Shown here: one piece after another, positions 1 to 12,300 of the stretch
How the letters are laid out: each line of letters opens with the position of its first letter
How positions within the stretch are numbered: position 1 is the first letter of the stretch
Assembly: GCA_051294375.1 (NCBI GenBank)
Contig: JBJCIZ010000239.1
Location: forward strand, 1,692,581-1,756,580
Source of the DNA: Paraspadella gotoi
Taxonomy: Eukaryota > Animalia > Chaetognatha
Direction of reading: 5' to 3'
DNA length: 64,000 nt
The notes under the pieces: model-generated
Databases searched by the model: none
Told to the model about the DNA's origin: nothing
What the model saw: only the letters and a program-made list of their open reading frames with translations
Position numbers and translations under genes: made by a program

Positions 1-1265
1 GAAGCACAACGCATAATATTGGGTCCTTACTCAAAAATTATCTAATTATCTTCAGTGGCAGCAGTAGAAATATCAAGCTCAAAATAAAGGCCCATCTCAT
101 CATTCCATCATATGGCATAAATAGCATAAAAACACAGGAATTCCAAGCGACGAAAGTCAAAATATAAGCCATCCATTAGGTTCATTTCTTCATATCTGAA
201 ACGAAACAAATACAAACCGAGAAAAAATAATAATCCGCGAATAAATGGATAAGTTCCGGTCGATCTTCGCTCCGAATTCAAGAAGGGAAATCGGCAACGA
301 TTCGAATTGCCACGATGGCCTTCCCCCAAAATTTTAGATCCATCGACGAGGCGTCTCGTATCACAGATTAAAAATTTCGTGGTTTCATTGTGACAAAAAC
401 TCAAACCGGCGTGGATTTCATTTAACACCCAAGCAATCCACTAACGATAGGCAGGGAAATTCTTTTAAAAGCCGCGAAACAAAGCGCAGGGATTGCGCCA
501 TGTTGTATTAAAGGGCTGTTTCTGCTTACAAACAGACCACGCGCGGCCATGGCGATCGAGGCCGCCCTCTGTCCACGACGCCAACGTCGCCTGGGGGAAA
601 TAAATGAGCAGCGGTTGGAGGCTGAGAAGCCAAACTAACTTCTCCAATCTTCAAGAATTATCAGAATTGCGTGCTTATTGTTTAATACATTTTTCTTATC
701 ATTAATTCTGATTTGTTTATAATTATTTTGAAGCCTGGTCCGACTGGAGACGTCTGAATATGAGCAAGTTTTGCCAAAATTTCTTTGCTTTTCGAAACCC
801 TTTCGAGAGACCCTAAAGTTAGCAATATATGAAGTTCTCAAAGGAAGTACCGATTTAATAAATTTATGATTCATTTATGATACCAAGTACCACTTGGTTT
901 TGATACGCAGCTCAGTCACAGCTTTACAATTAATTCTGACTCAGGGCTAGAATAATTCGATGAACAGAATCGAACCAAGTAATTCAGGGACAAACAAACG
1001 TTAGAGGTCACGTAATCTTTTGCGTAGGAAGCAATCCTCCAATATTTAACAGTTTGATAACAAATAATGCAAGATTTTTTTTATAATTTATAAAAATATA
1101 CGTTTCAATGGAAATACAAACGTAAAATAACGATTCAGGTTCACGTGGGTTAAAATTTCGGGCGTTCCATTAGAATAAAAGCTAGAAAATAAAAGAAATA
1201 CGCAACAAAAAACCAATAGAAATGATAAATTATAAATTATAAATTATCCAAACAAACTGTTCGGT

Positions 1266-2997
1266 TCAAGTCTTCCCTCCAGCCATGTCTACCAATCGAT
1301 TGGCCTGCTTCCTCGACACCTTTTTCTCATAAGACCCCTCCCGCAGCCTCTTCTCCTTGCTGCAGTGTGGCACGGCGCCGTGCTGCAACTGGAAGGCGCA
1401 GAGAGCGTCGAGCGGTTTCAAGAAGGCGCCGACGACGTCGTCGCGATTCTCGATGACTGAAATGGCGAGCGCCGCCGTCTCCACCGTCGAGAGAGTGTTC
1501 GACGTCGGCTGAGTTCGAATCACGTAGCGGCTCTGTAAGGCGGTGGCGGCGTCGGCTGCGTCCTCGTTCGCGGGGTAATATCGTCTCAAAGTGGGAGAGT
1601 TGGTGAACATGACGCGACGACATCGACGAAGAAAATCGTTTTTCTGATACAAGCCTAAAGCCTGAGGCCAAGTCCCGTCCAAGAGGATCAGGTTAAACGG
1701 ACCTTCGGGTTTGGGAGAAGTTTCTGCGAGAAAAAATTACAAAATCGTTTAATACATATTACATAGACACTAGTTTAAGTATTATTAGCACTTTATAGTA
1801 AGCTTAAAAGTAAGTTTAATGTATTAATTAAACTCTCCTGGATAACAAGATTTAATTACGACTGATTAGTCAAATATTAAACACACAAACAAAATTAGCA
1901 AAACCCAACCAATGCCCGCATGTGGTTACTTGTCTAATGTCTATGTCGTCGCCATTGTGGTCGTCTTTGTCTTTTTGGCCATCGCGTTGATTTCTCAAAT
2001 CAATCATTTGAGCTGCAACCTCCCCCAACTCACCCGCGAACATTTCTTCTATGTCTACGGCGTCGGCGCCCGGATAGAGCAGCAAAGTCCTCTCGTCTTC
2101 CGCGATTCGATGGAGAAGAGGAAACTTTTGCCGCGAGAATCTTTGTCCGCGATGAACGATGCAGCTGTCCGCCTGCAGCCCCAGCTGCAGCATCGGAGCC
2201 GTCCGCAGGTTTCGCGTCTCCTCGAAGGGATGTTGGAGGATGTGGACGGTGGTGGTGATGTGGAGGGGTTCGCTGGGGAGGAAGAGGAGAGGGCGGCTAT
2301 AAGTTTAGATCGTGGCCGTCGTTGAGAAAATTAAGAAAATTGTTGAGAAAATTTCAATTTCCATTTAGCGCTTTAATATTAAACGCTTTGCCTTTTATGG
2401 TTTCCTTAAACCAAGTTGCTTGACTTAGTCCCCCGATCTCTTTTTTATTTTCCTTTTTTTTTCCCCCGCAATTATTTGTTTGCTCTGTTTTCTTTCAGAA
2501 AGAAAAAAAATATGGTTTTACGTTTTTAAAGTAATTGTATTTCGCCGAGAAAAAAAATTTAAGTTATTCAAAATTGTTGAATTTTTTTAAAGTGGGCTGC
2601 AAATTTGGAACTTAAGAGGCCCCCAATTATAGTGGGAGCAACTAACGGACGAAACGATTCGAAATAAGTCTCCACGAAATCGCATTCGCAAATTTCAAAT
2701 GTTGTGTTCGTTTACTCTTCTGAGATGAAAGTTTGGATTTTGGTTTAAGCCATTTAGATTGATTAGTTTCTTTTCAATGGTGATTTGTTTTGTTATCATT
2801 ATTATCACCTCATCATCCTTTATCATTTCGGCATTTAAACCCAAACGATATACACCGCGTACTCACTCTGGCAGAAAGACGCACCAACAAACGGAAACGG
2901 GACGAGCGCATCGAGAGCAAGTCTCTCTCTTCGCTCGATCATCTTCGACGACGAGATCGAAGCCGAAACATCCGGGGAACACATCCGGGGAACACAT
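1266..2997 (-). CDS. DTWD2: tRNA-uridine aminocarboxypropyltransferase DTWD2 (3 exons; start uncertain)
   Basis: Exon 1 KRETCSRCARPVSVCWCVFLP (ends GA|GTGAGT near 2866) splices to EPLHITTTVHILQHPFEETRNLRTAPML...LLLYPG (about 1930-2272), then to LILLDGTWPQA...RTQP...TLSTVETAA (1266 to about 1723). DTW motif present. The phase of the second intron is not fully resolved. Confidence 0.85.
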
Positions 2998-3002
2998 CCG
3001 GG
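2968..3002. repeat. 13-bp tandem repeat (acatccggggaac, about 2.7 copies) at the DTWD2 5' end
   Basis: Directly visible. Each copy carries a minus-strand ATG (2997, 2984, 2971). Confidence 0.9.
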
Positions 3003-3301
3003 TCGTCGGATGGAGAAGGGGGAGCTCATCGGATTCGCTGGAGAAAAGTGGACCCGGAGCAGATCGAGAGTTTATATATTGAACAGGAAACAAGAGGCAT
3101 AATAAAATATAATAAAATATAATATAATAAAATATAATAAAATATTCTCCATAGTAACATCGATAATTACGGAATAGCAGTTGGGAAAAAGATAAAACAT
3201 AGTTTTCGGTGGGGTGTGGGGGGGGGGGAAGGTTTGAGTAACTAGTAAATCGAAGACTTTTATTCCGAAAGGCAAAAGAAGGTTCCGGTCGATCGATGCG
3301 A

Positions 3302-6300
3302 TCATTTCTTGTTCGATCGTCTCGTCGCTTGTTTTCCAGAGCCGCTGCCGCCGCCGCCGCCGCCGGAAGAGGACGTCCCTCTTTTGAGAATGGGTCCAGT
3401 GGGTCCGCCTCCGGCGCGCCAAGCGGCGTCGCCGCCTTCGACTAACGTCACGACTTTAGAACTAACGTCGACGCCGGATCCTCCCCCGCCGCCGCCGGCG
3501 CCAGTTTCGCTCGCATCGACGGCGCCCAAGCCGGTTCGCTTCGTTCTAGATGCAGCAGCGGCTGCGGCGGCTGCCGATTCAGCCGCCGCTGCCTCCGCCG
3601 CCTGACGTTCTGCCTCGGCTTTGCGAAAGATGCCCTCGCAGATTTGTCGTTCCACGTCTAAATGGGGAAGTTTAAGTATCGACAATTTATTTTATATTAG
3701 TGATTAATTCTGTTAAAACCTTAGAATTATTTTCATTTTAGTAATAGCCTTAAAGTGACAAGTGACAAGTGACTTGTTGATGGTTGGTTGGTTGTTGGAA
3801 TTTGTTATTGTTGTCATATTACAAATTTGAAATAGCTTCACCGTAGAGATACTTGGCGCAATCCCGATTCCCGTGGATTTCCGCGATCCGCCTCGGGTTG
3901 TCGCCGTAACGATCCTGCTTGAACACGTCGGCCCCGCCCCGCACCAGGGCCCGCAGGATCGCGGCGCTGCCGGTCTCCGCGGCGGAATGAAGGGGCGACC
4001 AACCGTTGTCCATCTGCAATGACAATGGTCGGTCAGTCTTTGGTAAGTGAATAAGTGAATGTTTTTTGTAATGTAGTTATTTTGATTACATATATATATA
4101 TAATATATATTATATATTCCAACCGTGAGATTAGGGTCGGCCTCGTTCTCTAAGAGCAGTTCGACGATGTCTCCGTGACACTTCATGCATGCCCAGTGCA
4201 ACGGAGTCCGGTCGTTCCAGTCAGAGTCTTTAGTGTTCACGTCGATCCCGCTCTGTAAGAATTTTTTTAAATTTTTTTTTATTATTAATGTTTCGGACAA
4301 ACTGGGTCCTCGCGGTTCAAGGAAAAAAAAAGGAATCGGTACCTTAAATCTAATTTGCATATTGGAGGGACGAGAAAAATAATATCAGTAAATATCAAAA
4401 ACAAAGTTGAGAACATCCACGCCTCGATCAATGATCAAAACTTTCGTGACAAAATTTAAGACAGAAAAAAATATCAAAGGAAAAATTATTTGAGGTCTCT
4501 CCGTGCATGAAAGCCCCACTCCATTATGACGGTTCTTCAGTTAGAGAAGGAATAACTAATTAGGTAAATTAGTAAAACAACTTATTCGAAGTCGTTTGTG
4601 ACTACGTAACTTCGTAGCTAAAAAAAACAAACGTTCAGTTCAAGGTGTTGCACCGCTGTGACTCCCTTTCGCGGACGCAATTACTGATGATCAAAATTGA
4701 TAATGTTACTACACAAGTAGCATCTCATGTTACTACACAAGTAGCATCTCAGGTTTCTTTACTTCTCTGCAAAACAACCAAATATAAAGCGAAATATTCC
4801 GCATTTACTTTTCGATCAAAGTTTTGTGTGGTGACGTGACTAAAAAGTGATGGAGACAATATCATGGACAATCTAAAAGACTCTAAACTTACCGATTGCA
4901 ATAGTTATTATTAAACATTGTCTATTTGATTCATATTATTGTTTTCCCTTTCAGCCCTGTGAGCATCGTGTATTTATTATCATAGAAAGTACGTGTTCGA
5001 GTGTGTGTCCTAATCTAGTTGGCGTCCCGTCTCTTGTGTATTCATTATTCACAGATCCTATACTTGTGGGCAACATTGTGGTCGACCGTGCCGCCGTGTG
5101 GTTAACTGACATTGTGGTTCATACGTTAGAGGGTCTCGCGCTTCTCAAGCCCGGCCGGCGCCGCCGGCATCGCCCACAACAATCACCCTCTAACAGTGGT
5201 GCATCGTCCTATCCATCTTTGTGTGGAGAACACCCCTAGTGGTCGACAGTTCAAACACTCTTTCTTCTGGAGTGTCGCTTCATTAACCCATTGTCTATCG
5301 GGTTGACTCTGAGGCACTGTGGATTCGTGACCACAACCCGTCCGTCAGCAGTCACGCTGTCATGATAGCCGTTGGTTTCAGCTTGACTGTGAAGCTACAT
5401 TGTTCCTTTCACAAAAAAATATTTTATCCGTGATCTTCAACCCAGCTTTTCCACGAAGCAAAGGCTTGGTCGCCGCTTGGAACTTGGTTGGCCTTGTAAG
5501 GCGACAAACCTTACCAAGATCCGTGTAGAGATATGTCCCCCTTTTCCCCCATTTATTTTGTTTACCTTTTGTTATTCACCGTTTCTGCCGATAGACGTCT
5601 TTTTCCTTTCTTTAGGAGATTACACTCCTCTTTCCTTTTCTTATCAGATATTCTAGGCCTTAGACACTTAGGACTTTTCCGCCCGTCTCCAAACTGCCTT
5701 TTACGAGCGTTTTAGACCTTCACGTCACGTCAAGTCACCCTTTGATACCGTTCACCAGACAGAGTCATTGTGGCCATAGAGCCCACTGCGAGACCACATT
5801 TCGAGACTTGTGGACGCGTTCGTGGTCAGACTTTCACCCGTCATAGACTCGTGGACGGACTTGTGGTCCCCCCCTTCGACCACGCTTGGTGACGACAACC
5901 TCGCCGATTACCCATCCCGGCGAGCCGACGTTTCCGGCGCACGCGCAACGGCGCCAGACGCGACCAGCCCTCTTTCGGAGGCGTCAGCGGGGGACGTGGA
6001 GGACGACGGTCCTCCGTAGCGGCGCGACGGCCGAGAAGCAGAGGCGGCTACACGAGCACACGGCAAGGTGTTCGTACAGTAAAAGGCAAAATTTAGTCTC
6101 CTCTGGCCTAAGCATCTATTCATGTGTGAAAAGATGTAGAGTCATTGACGATATTAGAATACAGAAGTTGAGATAGAAATTTGTATTTGAGTATAATTTC
6201 ATGCGCATAATATTAACCTATTTTCTCCCTTTTTTGCATGGTCTGCACGATGCATCGGCTCCTCCGACTAACGCGCCGCTCAGAATGAAGCAGATGGAAT

Positions 6301-9300
6301 CGGTCCAGACGATAGTTGCCGAACAGCTCGAATGTCTCCGGCATACATTTCAAGGCCTCTTCAACAGGGCCGTTGAGACGGGAACGTCAGCGGATCGTAC
6401 GTCTGCCAACAGTATGAGAGAGGCGCTGGAAATTAAGAGGCAAGAGGCGATGCTTCTCGCGGAGAAACATAGGCTGAGAAATACGCATGTGTTATCACAA
6501 GAAATTGATCGGGTAAGAGACGCTTTGCGCGAAAATCCAAAATTTCCGCCGCATTTGGCGGTTTCGAACGATGATACTATTATTGCTGATCCTGCCTCCG
6601 GCCCTAGCTCTCGGGCTGGATCACCGTATCTCCTCCCCCGACCCTACAATACCGGTCGTAGGAGAGGAAGGAGCAGTAGTGGACGCTCGACGATGACCGT
6701 GGGAGGGCGGCGACGACGTCGACGGATGATCAGGTTCCGATTGCCCGTCGCTTGAGGTCCTCGGTTACGGCACCTCCCCTATTCCAGACGGCCTTCATGA
6801 CTCCTCCCACGTCCGATCTAATTGAACGGTCCCGCGACGCGGGACATATCGAGCGCCTTTGCGCCGGTCCTGCCACGAACCCGACTTCCCGGGGCGACGA
6901 CCGCACCGATGGTGAGACGACGAGGCTACAGTGCGACGGCGACCGCGACTCCTACCGTGGTCACCTCCCACAATTTACACACCACCTCTGCAGCAACGAC
7001 CACTCTACCTCCCGTCAGCTTTGCTGACGAGCAGCAACGCGTGCTTGAAGAGGCAGTGCAGAGGGCAGTTAACGACAAAACGATGACCGCACGCACGAAG
7101 AAGATCTAGAGAGAGAAATGATGATGTTGCAGGAAGAAAATGATCGATTGCGACAAGCTGCCGAGAGGCAGTCAGCTCGACGACGTCTTCGAGCTGCCAG
7201 GGAAACGGCAGCTGATCGATTAGCAGAGAGACACGTTTACGACGAGTTCGAACGCTTCACATGCGCCGGCGGTCATCTCGGGACCGGCGCCGACCTTCCC
7301 TGTGGTGCCGGCGCCTATCTCGATTTCCGCTGAGGTTGGCGCGAACACCGCGTCTCGGCGAGAGGTCTGGTAGAACTAGCAACGGGTTTGAATGCTTTGC
7401 CTGCGAGAGGAGCCGGACCTTCAGCCGAAAACAGCCCCGTCGGCGGCAATCTGACTACTTTGACCGAGAGATTATCTGCGATAGAAATCGTCGCTCAACA
7501 AAAGTCGCAGCTCATGAGATCGAACGAGAGCAGTGGAGACTCGAAAGGAAATCTTCAGAGGAACTTCGAGGCTACGGTGATGAGAATGGTTACGATGATT
7601 CTGGGTCGCCCAGGCGTCGAGAACGCAGCCACACGGATAGAAGCCCCTTCTCCACCCGGGCACCACTCCCTCGGACTCCTACTCATCCGCCCCTCGCCTC
7701 ACCTCCTCACGATTCTTTGTCTCAAAGAAACAATTCGCAGAGAGATTCAGCGATCGACGCACAACAAGTACAAATAGCCCAACTCTCAGAACAACTACGA
7801 CAAGTACAAGAAAATCTGAATGCCTTTCAGCACACGAGAAACGGTTGGGCGGCTTCCGGGAGGCGGCCCCGCTCCTGAGGCTCCCCGCCCGAGAACGATC
7901 GATTAACAACAGTATTTACACTCCCAATCGATAGAGTCGACGATCCGCATGCTCAAAGACTTACGCCCTGAAGAAATGTTTAGAAACGAAGGTGCGAAAA
8001 ACAAGTAGTCTTCGAAATTCACATGAGACAATGGGGCGGCGATGACTCAACCTGGTGTCACCGCCCAGATGCGTCATCAGGAACTACGCCACTGGTTCGG
8101 TGGTCTTCGCGGTTGAAACTCCAAAAGTATTTTCATCGGACTGATTATTCGGCGGCCGTAGATGAAGCCATCGCAATGCTTCATCAGGAATTCGGACGAC
8201 CGACGCCTCGCCTCACGAAATGCTAAAAGATTGTTTAGCGTGGTAAGGCAACGGAAGCGACGGAGATCGACGAGACAATTACGCATCTAGAGAATATCGC
8301 CGGCATCGCGGAGGCAAAGGGCCGAATGCGCGATTGAACCGCGACACGGTTATCTCAGAGATTCTCGACGCAAAGTTTCCTCAATGGAAAGACAAATTCG
8401 CTGAGGAAAATTCGCAATCGGTCTTTAGAAATGGACGTAAACTTACGCTTTACGAATTTATTTAATTTTTGAAAATTCACCTTGTTGCGGTGAAATCGGT
8501 CTATGGCAAAAAGAAAAAGATAGCGACGACGGCTGCGGTGGCGCGGTTGCGGCAAACATGGCACGCTGCCCCCGTCGACAAACGGTGGGGCATCGAGGAT
8601 CAGCAAAGAGAAACGAGTGCCACAGACTCGTTCGATTCGTCTGACGCAGCCGATCCCGCCCAACCAAAGTTGCGAAAGAAAAAGAAAAAGCGACGAAAGA
8701 CGAGCATAACTGAAGCGAAGCCCACGGCTCCTCTCCCAGAAGCCGATTGTGCCTACATAACAGCCCAATGGCCGACTTATCGGCCATTCAGCGGTGCAGC
8801 CGCCGATTCAACAGGCGGCGGCTACATCTGCTCCCCAGATCCAGATGGTGACGAATACGCCAGGAGTTCCGATGTATACCTCGACGCCGACCCGCCCATC
8901 AACTCCGCATTGCTACTTTTGTGGACAAGGCCATATGATCTGGAGATGTACAGGCTATCAGGCACTCGGCGTCCAGGCGAGAGCCGACTTAGGGCAGGCC
9001 GACGATTATGTTTTAAATGTTTAACTCCTAACCATTTAGCAATTAGATGTAGATCTAGTGTACCATGTAATCAGTGCAGGGGAAATCATCATCCCATGCT
9101 GCACGGCGCGGCGCCGGTGCCCCGACAGATGCCGGTTAATCAGGTGGCACAATATCAGCCACAACTGGTTTATGTTCAAACTCCTGCTCCCGCCATGCTA
9201 CACCTACCCTTTTTCAATCCGCTCCTTCCTCATATGCTGTTTTTTCTCCTTCCAGCCCTTCAGGACCCTGGGACGGCGAACGCTGCGGCGACGGCGCAGG

Positions 9301-12300
9301 GAGGACTGGCCGATTCAGATCAAACTAGACCAATGACGACGGTTCCCATGCCCCCGCAGCAGCAGCGACACCAGCAGCGATGCCCACTCCGCAAGCGGGA
9401 ACAATCAACAGTTGACTAGCAGTTGCGTCCGCTCCTGGCGAGGCGACCTTTCGTCCTGTCGTGCCAGTCGTCGTCGAGATGAACGGACGCAAACGCACGA
9501 CTTATGCAATGATCGATAGCGGCTGTAATCGCTGCGTATTGAAAGAAAACATTGCCAACGATCTAAGTATAATTTGCAATGATGTAAAAATGAGAGATTC
9601 GAACTTTAGATAGTGATGTTATTGTAGACAGAAAAGTTGCTGATTTTAATATTGAACCACTTAATGGAACTTTTTCTCTTTCTATCAGGAAAGCGATTGT
9701 GGGACATTTGCTTACATCCGAGGACGATCTCCCCCGTTGATGCAGATGTGGTCGACAAGCCTCTTCTCGAGGGGGTAACGTTCCCCAACCTCCCTGACAA
9801 GGAGGTTGGCGTGCTCCTCCCGGCAAACTACGCCTACACTTGGATTGATGGAGAGGTTCGACGAGGTTCGCGAGACCAGCGGTAGCCATCAATACAATGT
9901 TCGGCTGGACTTTGATCGGACCAGAGATGGGAAATGCGGCGATGATGTGGATTGCGCACGCATGACCGCCGAGTTTGTTGAAGATTTACCAATTGTATAT
10001 AATATATCGTTTGGTCTTTGTCAGATCACACAAACGTTCGATTTTACCATTTTTTTTTTTTATTTGCTCAACTGATCTTCTTTAAGAATTCGACGCGCAC
10101 GCTCAAAAGAAAATTTTATTTCGACGATCTCGTGACATGGTTAAATTTCATTGGTAATTCATTGCGAAAAAAGAATAATTATTTTACTTTGATATTGTGA
10201 CATTCAAACGTTAGAAAGATTCAATCACATAAAATTAAAAGAAAAGCGGTTTTCTGACAGGCATAAATACAATAATAAAAATATTTTCTTCCTTTTCCCC
10301 TTTTCTTATTTTTTTCATTTATTTCGACACTTTATTTATTTTTCTTCTTCCCTTGATCTTATTCCTCTTCTTCCATCTATCTTGATCCTTCTCTTCTTCT
10401 TTCCTGATCTTTTCTCTTCCTCTAGGCCATACTTTGCACTGCCTTCCAGATCAGAGTGGTTTTCGTTGGAGTTTTTCCACCGCTCTGATGGAGCGCTGGA
10501 GGTGGGGTGTAGAGATATGTCCCCTTTTCCCCCATTTATTTTGTTTACCTTTTGTTATTCACCGTTTCTGCCGATAGACGTCTTTTTTCCTCTTCTTTAG
10601 GAGATTACACTCCTCTTTCCTTTTCTTACCAGATATTCTAGGCCTTAGACACTTAGGACTTTTCCGCCCGTCTCCAAACTGCCTTTTACGAGGCTTTTAG
10701 ACCTTCACGTCACGTCAAGTCACCCTTTGATACCGTTCACAGACAGAGTCATTGTGGCCATAGAGCCCACTGCGAGACCACATTTCGAGACTGTGGACGC
10801 GTTCGTGGTCAGACTTTCACCCGTCATAGACTCGTGGACGGACTTGTGGTCCCACCCTTCGACCACGCTTGGTGACGACAACCTCGCGATTACCCATCCC
10901 GGCGAGCCGACGTTTCCGGCGCACGCGCAACGGCGCCAGACGCGACCACGCCCTCTTTCGAGGCGTCAGCGGGGGACGTGGAGGACGACGGTCCTCCGTA
11001 GCGGCGCGACGGCGGAGAAGCAGAGGCGGCTACACGAGCACACGGCAAGTGTTCGTACAATCGTTCGCCTTGTTGCGCGGCTTATCCCGGTTCTTGGCTA
11101 CAAGCTCAAAGAAGATCCAGCTTTAAGAAGTCGGAGGGCTGGGTCTAGCTAGCCCTCCCCCCTCGTGTGGCACGACTCCATCGTTTATATTGTAAGTCCG
11201 CCTCTACATTAGAGTTACCCAAATTTTTAATTACACCAGATGAAGGGTCACGACTCATTTTATTAGGTTCTTTTTTGTCTGTAGAAGACATTGGGACTGA
11301 TAAACCTGAAAAAACTTGACTGGAAAGGAACTCTCCAGAGTTTCCAAGTGATCGAGTACTTTTGCGGTTTTTTCTTTGATCGTAATCTATAAGTGAAATT
11401 AATTTAAAGGATTTTTTTAATAAAATAATGATTAAATCAATACTTGATTTGATTTTGAAATATATTTTTGATGTAGACCTTATATTTTTTATTAAACCTT
11501 TTATTTTTAATAAAATTTATTAATAATATAATATTATATAATATAAAAATATAAAGATGATCATTAGTTTTTTGATAAAATACTTACTAAAAGTTATTCC
11601 TAAATTTTGTAAAGAATAAATATTAAAAAATAATATTTAGCAGTACTTACTAAAAATAAATCAAAATACACAATATTAAACTTTAAAAACTAAAAAAAAA
11701 AAATGGTTAAAATTTATAATTATATTCTCCATAACTTTTTAAAATTTTTGAGCTCTTTATGGCTTAAATTTGCGCCTTTATTACAAGAGAACTGTCAAAT
11801 TTAGATTAAAATTATCAATATTTTCAGAATCTGCTGAGTCTTTGCTTTTAGTAAATATCAAAAGTGTTTGGAAAATGGCCCAATTACTACTTTTGTGCCA
11901 TGAGTAAATTGTTTTCTCCAAGAAATTGTACTTTTATTGTTTTTAAAACAGATTCAAATTTAAACAGTATTACATAAAAAATTAAAGTAAAAATTTTGAA
12001 TCTACTTGGTCTTGCCTTTTATTAGATAGCTAGATTGCATATATTATTGATCAAGTAATGTTTTGTGAATATGTTATCAAACATAATAAACTAAGGGGAA
12101 AATATTATATTTAATTAGTATGGCATTAGTATAGATTTATAAATGGCCAAGATAAATAAGAAGTATATGTAAAAATTTATCCTGGAAATAGTTAGGTAAA
12201 CAAAACTTTTCTTCCTTCTGTTTAGATATTTTGACTCTTGGGTGGAGAATTTAGTGATGCCCCGAATGAGAGTGGTGTTGTTTGTAAGAAAGTAAATTAG

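Larger units (their letters stand above)
5524..11208 (+). mobile_element. Degenerate, internally deleted BEL/Pao LTR retrotransposon
   Basis: Two near-identical direct repeats start tgtagagatatgtcccc (5524 and 10508). Frameshifted gag carries the BEL-type triple zinc knuckle (CYFCGQGHMIWRC; CFKCLTPNHLAIRC; CNQCRGNHHPMLH, about 8910-9105). Aspartic protease TYAMIDSGCN at about 9500-9530. Purine-rich tract before 10508. No RT, RNase H or integrase seen. Confidence 0.85.

Noticed and set aside
1-1265. Short ORFs and a GC-rich patch (about 465-640) at the window start
   Set aside because: No recognisable protein similarity or supported exon structure.
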